Positions 57,577 through 64,000 of a stretch of DNA of 64,000 bases are shown piece after piece. The translations under genes were made by a program, and so were the position numbers. Under the pieces are notes generated by a model. It ran no database searches. It saw nothing but the letters and a program-made list of their open reading frames with translations, and was not told the origin of the DNA. Source of the DNA: Caecitellus pseudoparvulus (taxonomy: Eukaryota; Protista; Bigyra: Bicosoecida); contig CBFFRQ010000068.1 in assembly GCA_965644315.1 (NCBI GenBank), positions 1,302,001 through 1,366,000 on the forward strand, given 5' to 3'. Positions within the stretch are counted from its first letter, which is position 1. The number at the start of each line of letters is the position of its first letter.

Positions 57577-59391
57577 TGGTGAGAATGACTCGTTACAGGG
57601 AAAGCAGCTGTTGCAAGTCACTCGCGCGATTTCCGCGCACCCTGCCGCAGCACACTCAGCGTTTGGAGCGGCTCAAACGCTCAGACAAGGCTGCTGCGAC
57701 CATCTTATTTCGACTTCGAAGAGAGGTTCATCTTCAGGAGCCAGAAGCATTGTCGGTTCTGCCCGATCTGCTCTGCGTGGCGCCAAAAAGCATCCTGAAC
57801 CTGGTGGTGCGTCAGAGTCACCACCTGTCAACATGCATATCATGCTGTGAAGTGCTTCTCCCCACATCCCAACTTGCAGGATTTCGACGTACGGGGGGCC
57901 TACTTTTCGCTTAAGAAGCGCAAGGGGCGGACCGCGGGGCACAGCGAAACCACTGGCATCCGCGAAGCACCCTCGCCGTCGCCGGCAAGACCACGGCTCC
58001 CAAAGAGACCTGGGTGCGGACCACCGCTGAAAGTGCCCACTGCGTTGTTTTCACCTGTAAAGAGGCGCCCTGCATTGAGTGTCACCAGCGAAGAAACTCC
58101 GCCCGACGATTCGAAAGCCGAAGCTGCCCGGCAAGCTGGAAGGCAGCCCGAAACAGACGAATGGGATGACATGGTTCAGAGAGACGCCGAGTTGTCTCGC
58201 TTGGCAGCAGAGCGAAGAGCAGTCGAGGAGAGGCTAGCCAAGACACAGTACGTCCAAGCGCTGGATGAGCAAGTGAAGGAGAGGCAAAGATGGCTGTCGC
58301 TGCTCCGGAAGGAGGACGAGGAGTATGCGCGGCTCGTTCAGCACCAGGGGCATCTGGCCGAATCCAGACAGCAGACAGACAAGCAGCGACAAAAGAGAAG
58401 GCAGGCAGAGGGAGCAGCAGCACGAGCGTCGTTCGTGGAGCTGCAAGCGCAGAAAGCGCGAAAGGTTGGCCAGAGGCGTGCCGCTCTGCAGCAGGAGCGG
58501 GAGCAAGCAGACAACATCGCAGCTGAGCATGCATTGTCAGAGAAGCTGAAACAAAGAGCTGCAAGACTAAGGCAACAAGAGCTGCAGAAGGCAAACGTCC
58601 AGGCAGCAGAGCGAGCCACGCGTCGGGCGCGTGAGGAGGCAGCGCGGCACGTGCAGGAACTTGAGAAGGCTGAGGCTGAAGCCTTGAAAGAGGAAAAGGC
58701 CCGCCTCGACGCCCAGATGCAGAGGAGGGCCGACTTCAAGTCAAAGATGGACGCCATGCAAGACATTCCATCTGATGTGGCTATGCTGGAGCAGAAAGCC
58801 TGGGAGCGCGCAAGCCGTGAAGCTGCAGCTGAGGAACGAAAAAGGTTCCAGGCAGAGCAAGCAGAGAAACTCGCACAAAAAGAATCCCAGCAGGTCTATA
58901 TCAACATGCTTAGGCTTCAAATGGCAGCAAAGCAGCATGCTAAGGAGGTGCAGCGCCAGGAGGCAGCAGCCATGCTCGAGCGTGCCCGAAAGGCTGACGC
59001 CGAGTTTCACGCAGCCGAGGCGAAGAGAAAGGCCGATGCCATGCGACGACGACTTGAAATTTGTCAAGCGCAAAAGCAGCAAGTGCACGACAGGCGTCGG
59101 GCGGCCCTCAGCAGCCCCAGCCGCCAGCGACTGCTTCGCTACAACCGCAGCTACTGCGAGGGGCAGCGAGCAGCACTTCAATCGGAAAAGCAGGCTGTAG
59201 CACTGACAAAGCGTGTTGCTGAGTTGGCACCGAAGCATTCAGCCATAGCTAGTGCCGAGCGAGAGCGATGGGGCACAGCTTCAAAGACGTCGGTCCTGCC
59301 GGCGTGGCGCCCCGGCGTGGCAGACCTCAACGAAGATGTGCTTCGTCGCATGGACGCGCGCATCAAGCTCTTCACTTCCAAGCAGGAGTGA
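57577..59391 (+). CDS. Long charged coiled-coil protein (trichohyalin-plectin-homology-like; possibly ciliary); 5' end uncertain
   Basis: 514-aa ORF rich in E/R/Q/K/A, with YVQALDEQVKER, YINMLRLQMAAK and ICQAQKQQVHDR segments. Confidence 0.65.
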
Positions 59392-59416
59392 CAAGGGGCC
59401 CATGGCCTGTGAAGGG

Positions 59417-60316
59417 CTACGTCTGGGCATCGTCGGTGGCAGCACCTGTGCGCGTGGCGACGCCACTGAATGGGTCTTGGATGAAGGGAATAAGGATCCA
59501 AGTCTTCTTACGGTACTGCAAGTACGCCCCTCTGAACATACCAAACAAGTGATACTCTTCCTCGGGAATGCGCTCTGCAAAGAATTTCCAAGCTGCAAAT
59601 GCATAGAGGACGAAGCAGACGGGGTTCCCGAGCAGGAGCTGCGTGGAGATGGAAGCATAGAACCAGCCTGTATACCCAGGGTGCCGAAGGAAGCTGTAAA
59701 TTCCATGCTGGACAAGCTTGTGCTCCTTCCGGCGCGTTTGTTGGATCATGTGTGTGAACGCCGTCCCCGCTGTGACCATGCCGGTTGTACGAATGCTTTG
59801 CCCGAGCCACATGCCCCCAGCTCCGAGCACCACGAGGGCGCCTCCGGCCCATCCCGCCACTCCCTCTTTCCACATTGGAAAGAAAACGTACCCCAGCCAA
59901 AACTCTGCCCAGCTACACAGGACTGCTACTGCATAGGCTTTGCTCTGGTCCAACAAAAATGCTGCGGAGGCATGCAGGAGAGTGTGGTCCTCAGTCACGC
60001 GCCATGCCCACCTAGCGCTCGCGACACGCACAGTTCCACTTCAGCAAAGAGGGGTTGTAAACAGCAGTTACAAGGAATTCGAGAAAGTGATACACACTCC
60101 ACCACGTCGCATACAAGCTCCAGGCCACCTGTGCACCGGAGGCCAAGGCAGGTTGGCAGTGCTGCCACGCGCGTGAAAGTCAAGGGACCGCACAGTTGAC
60201 CACGACAGCACCTGCCCCCAGACCACATGGGCAATCAGAGCAGCAGCATGTACGGAGAAAATGCTTCCGAGGAAGAAGCCTTGGGCTGCGATCAATATCT
60301 CGGCTGAGGCTGCCAT
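59417..60316 (-). CDS. ICMT: Protein-S-isoprenylcysteine O-methyltransferase; multi-exon
   Basis: GQSIRTTGMVTAGTAFTHMIQ..HKLVQHGIYSFLRHPGYTGWFY..TQLLLGNP..FFAERIPEEEYHL..YLQYRKKT..IPFI. Confidence 0.95.
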
Positions 60317-60507
60317 GGTCTTGCAAACCGGTGAAACGCTATGGCCATGAAACGCTGAACCAGCAGCTCCAGCACACTTCCGGGGAAGGCCGCGCAAGGT
60401 GGGAAGTTTCTCTATTGCTGACATTCAACGCGGATGTTGGGGATTTTGACTCCCGTGCCCCGGAGTTCTGCTTTGGGAGTGCCAGGGTACCGGGGAGTGA
60501 ACGTTGA

Positions 60508-60518
60508 GGGGGGGGGGG
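60508..60518 (+). promoter_or_regulatory. G11 tract in the divergent ICMT/BUD31 intergenic region
   Basis: Homopolymer seen directly; regulatory role inferred only from recurrence. Confidence 0.35.
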
Positions 60519-60633
60519 TGCCGCCACCTGAAGGAGCTAGTGCACGCCACCGATGCAAGGGCGGACCTGCAGCAAAAACACATCCAACAAGACCAAGGTT
60601 GTTAGTTCTCGGCTTTTTCCATCGTATGCAACC

Positions 60634-61842
60634 ATGGCTAGCAATGGGATGCTTGCGCGGTACAAGAAGCGCAAGGCGCCTCCAAATGGCTGGGAAGAGG
60701 TGTCCACTGTGATGGAGGCGCTGGAAGATGAGATGAAGCGCGGTAGGTGCACCTTCGAGGAACTACGCCTGGCACTGCAATGAGAAAGCTATGGGGGTTG
60801 ATTCTGCCGCCTTTCACAGCGATCGCTGCCCCCCATGAGGGCAAGCGCAAGACGGAGAGCCTGTGGCCTGTGCACCAGATTAACTGGCAGCGGACGTGCG
60901 TGCAGCAGGGCCTGCGTTTCATGTGTGGGCATGCTCCAACGCAACGTTGCTGTGACACACAGACGGTACCTATATGACATGTTCTACACGTACGAGCGCA
61001 TCCCCCGCAAGGTCCTGGACTACTGTGTAGCAGAAGTGCGGAGGCATAACGCTGCCGAAACGGCCGTACTTGGTTTTCACGTCTGCTTCGTCCCCCCACT
61101 GCAGAAGCTAGCCGATGCGAACCTGATGGCGAAGTGGAAGAAGCCTGGGTATGATCGTTTGTGCTGCACGCATGCCATCAACCCGCGGAACCACAACTTT
61201 GGCACTGTCAGCATTTGCCGTGTAGGTGGAGCAGCGGAGCTGTGGAGTGCGGCAGAGCGCCAGAATTCCTCGCCCTCGGGCCTTTCACAGGTGCCAAAGA
61301 AGGACCTTGAGCCAGGTCGCATTGTAGTGGATGTTACGTGCGGCTGCCTGGGTTGTGCGAGTGGAGAGGGCGGCTTTCGCAACATCTTTGGGAACAAATT
61401 TGGGCAGTCTTTGGCCAGCATCCAACATGCCAGAGAAGCCCGAGCTGAGCAAGCGGCGTCCCTGGCCGCATCAGTAGTTGAGGCCATGGACGGAAGCAGT
61501 GAATCTCCTGCTCCGATAAGCACGGGCGATGACGTCGTGGACGAAGCAGTGGCTTCAGCTGTCGCTGACTTTGGTGAGGAGGGAGACGCTGACGGCGCAG
61601 CTGAGGCTGCGGCAGACGCTGTGCTGGCTGCATTTCCAACAGTTTGGGCAGAGCCAGGGGAAGAAGAAGAAGAAGACACTGCCGCGGTCTTGGCTGCTCA
61701 GGGAAGCAATGTCGAAGATGGGCCGTCGGCAGAGGACATGGCAGCTATGGCGGCTGCCATGGGGGGCGGAGCCGAGACAGCTGCCGCGGAGGATGACGCC
61801 GCCCCCCCTCCGTCCGCAAAGAGGCCTCGCACTGAAGCTTGA
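60634..61842 (+). CDS. BUD31: Splicing factor BUD31/G10 with acidic C-terminal extension, 5 exons
   Basis: PPNGWEEV..PHEGKRKTESLWPVHQINWQRT|RYLYDMFY..|ADANLMAKWKKPGYDRLCC..NFGTVSICR|VP..CGCLGCASG. Confidence 0.95.
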
Positions 61843-61844
61843 TG

Positions 61845-63977
61845 TCAGGTGGGAAGCGCTGGCAGCATGGCAGTTGACAGCGTCGAGACGTCGGCCCAGA
61901 GCAAGCGGTGGTGATTCTGTTTTTCTGACGAGTCGCACGCCCAGGGGTCCATGCGCACGTCACTGCCATGTGCAGGCCAGCAAGGCATGGTTTTGATGAC
62001 GGCAGGTGCTGCTCCTTCCAGGTCGCAAGATTGCACAACCACGGCCAAAGTGTCCGGGTGCAGGCCAGGCAAGTCGGCAGGAGTCTCCTGCGTCGCGCTC
62101 CCGTCAGGCGCTGCCCCGAGAAGGCTGTGCAGCAGGCTGTGGGGCAGCAAGGCTGCTTTTCTCAGCGCTTTAATGCAGTCACCCCCCTCACTTGTCGTCT
62201 GCTCTTGTATCACCGCACTTGCTAGTGCCGCAGCGTGCAAGCTTTGCAAGCATGCCGCAGGGAGCAAGCGGAGCGTGGCATCATCCACTGCTCGCGAGCG
62301 CCTGGGACAGCAAGCTGTTGCAGCAGACTCAATCAGCAGCCCTCGTGCCATGAGCGCCACCAGGTCAGACCCTCGTGCTCTGGAGCCAATAGCCATGTGA
62401 GCAGAAGTGTCGGAGGTGGCGTTGTCGTGTTGCCCGGGTTGTGAGAAGACAGCTCCTAGATCCGCAGGCTGAGGCGTTGACGTACCTGACAGGGCAGCAT
62501 TTATAATTGCGGAAGTGGAGGTGAAGACGTCCTGTACTGCTCCTGCCAACGGCGCGGGTAATGTATCTGGAAGCAATTCTAGCTCTGCGGCAGCGGTGCC
62601 TTGCCCCTTGCGCTGAGGCAGAAGAAGCGCCGCAGGGGTCCGCTTCATCGAGGAAACATTCGTGCAAGTGCACGCTCGCAGCAGCGCCAATGCTCCCACC
62701 AGAGCTGTCCAAACCTGCACCCAGCGACCGAAGGGCACAGCATGCAGTGCTTCGTTCCATGCCTGCAGCGCACTCAGAATGCGAGCAGGGTCCAGTCTGG
62801 GTGCCTTGGCTCCGACGACACATGCACTGCAATGCAGGCGAGTCTGGGCCAAAGCGATGGCCTGCAGCAAGGGAGCAGCAAGGGGCAAGCCTAGCCAGCC
62901 GCTACCGAACGCCTCAGTCAGGTGCGATGGCGAGACCCGGAGGCCGGGGCCTGTGCCGCCCCATCGCACTGTGAACGACTCCCCTGGATGGGTAGCCGGA
63001 GGTGCAAGTTGAAAGGCTGCCGCAGACGCCATGATGCTGAGCAAGCTGCTCTGTCGCACGCTGGGCTGGGGGGCTGCCATGGCCAGCACGGCTAGGGTCG
63101 GCAGCGAGGACTCCAACTCGACCTTTGCAGGTCGCTGCAGTTGTAAGCACGAGTCTGGCACCGGGGGGTCTTGTGGTGGGGCAGGGGAGTCTTCTCGAAT
63201 TTTAAAATGTTGAGTGTTGTGTCCGGCAGCCGTCGCGCGCTGTGGCGAGGGGGCTGTGGCGGGCGAGGACGGAGCCCCTCTGCCTGCGTGCACGGCAGCA
63301 TGTGCTGGCGCCACCACTTCCACCTCGAGCACGACATTAGGCCCCCCACCCACCGCGCTCTGCGTGGTTGGAGCGCTGATGCTGTCCTCAGCCTTCTCAG
63401 GTGTGCCAGTGCTGATGGAGGAGTCAGGCTCGACGTCAGAGCTCTCGGTCTCGGCTGGCGAGGGCAGTGTGCTGTGGGTAGTGGGGGATGGTTCCGCAGA
63501 AGATGGAGACGGGGACTTCACCGCCATCGCTGCAGGTGCAAGGGGTGAGGAGGCACCCCTCTGCTTTCCAGAGGACGGAGCAGCACTGACCTCCTGGCCA
63601 CGGTTACGTCGGCGCGGACTTCGACGACGACGGCGGCTAAGCGCTGCCCGCTGCGCGCGGAGCTCCTCCTCCCAAGCAATGGCTTGAGAGTACTCTGTCG
63701 GTTTCACGCGGCGACTGGTGCGGCGGGATTTTCGCCGCCCATGCTCGTCGATGGTGGACGCTTGCAAGTTGAGGATGTCAGAGCAGCGTACCCAAGACGG
63801 GCTGAAACCTCTCCAATCCCACTGCACCTTGTACTCTTCCGCAGCGTCATCACCAATGCGAACATCCAGCACTGTAGCTGGGTAGATATTGGATCCGTGA
63901 TTCACCTGCACCTGGTCACCGATCGAATGCTCTGGGATTGGTGCGGGGAAGGGGCAGCATTGCAGCATGGGCGGCAA
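61845..63977 (-). CDS. Protein with N-terminal chromo-barrel/Tudor-knot-like domain; may start beyond the window
   Basis: 710-aa ORF with HSIGDQVQVNHGSNIYPATVLDVR..EEYKVQWDWRGFSPSWVRCSDIL, followed by an Arg-rich NLS-like patch and a Ser/Pro linker. Confidence 0.65.
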   Translation of the reverse strand: MPPMLQCCPFPAPIPEHSIGDQVQVNHGSNIYPATVLDVRIGDDAAEEYKVQWDWRGFSPSWVRCSDILNLQASTIDEHGRRKSRRTSRRVKPTEYSQAIAWEEELRAQRAALSRRRRRSPRRRNRGQEVSAAPSSGKQRGASSPLAPAAMAVKSPSPSSAEPSPTTHSTLPSPAETESSDVEPDSSISTGTPEKAEDSISAPTTQSAVGGGPNVVLEVEVVAPAHAAVHAGRGAPSSPATAPSPQRATAAGHNTQHFKIREDSPAPPQDPPVPDSCLQLQRPAKVELESSLPTLAVLAMAAPQPSVRQSSLLSIMASAAAFQLAPPATHPGESFTVRWGGTGPGLRVSPSHLTEAFGSGWLGLPLAAPLLQAIALAQTRLHCSACVVGAKAPRLDPARILSALQAWNEALHAVPFGRWVQVWTALVGALALLRACTCTNVSSMKRTPAALLLPQRKGQGTAAAELELLPDTLPAPLAGAVQDVFTSTSAIINAALSGTSTPQPADLGAVFSQPGQHDNATSDTSAHMAIGSRARGSDLVALMARGLLIESAATACCPRRSRAVDDATLRLLPAACLQSLHAAALASAVIQEQTTSEGGDCIKALRKAALLPHSLLHSLLGAAPDGSATQETPADLPGLHPDTLAVVVQSCDLEGAAPAVIKTMPCWPAHGSDVRMDPWACDSSEKQNHHRLLWADVSTLSTAMLPALPT

Positions 63978-64000
63978 GCAATTTCCGCGCTCCTGCTCCC

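Overview
Compact, GC-rich (about 60-65% by eye) eukaryotic nuclear DNA with short GT-AG spliceosomal introns (mostly 60-135 nt). It is probably from a flagellated protist: IFT27 is present, and the BUD31, pseudophosphatase and Tudor-array features suggest a stramenopile (inference). About 27 protein-coding genes and one tRNA-Ala(UGC) lie mostly in alternating head-to-head and tail-to-tail pairs. Recognisable genes: a WD40 protein, UTP5/WDR43-like, gamma-SNAP, RPL34, IFT27, FNTA, TGS1, an FLVCR-type MFS transporter, a PSTAIRE CDK, RPL13A, URB2, a PH-domain protein, WBP11, a RIOK3-like kinase, a dual-specificity pseudophosphatase, ICMT and BUD31. The dominant feature is a minus-strand gene of about 14.7 kb (about 4,900 aa if four poly-C indels are errors). 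It encodes a SAM domain, three divergent Tudor domains and 46 near-identical 237-bp units, each a Tudor/Agenet-like domain plus a TP/RGG glycine linker. Other points: a Tudor-like domain fused to TGS1, convergent stop codons 1-32 bp apart or overlapping, poly-G tracts in divergent promoters, a long structured RPL13A intron and a low-GC 3.4-kb segment without a long ORF. No transposon, CRISPR or rRNA was recognised. All family calls come from motif recognition by eye, not from database searches.
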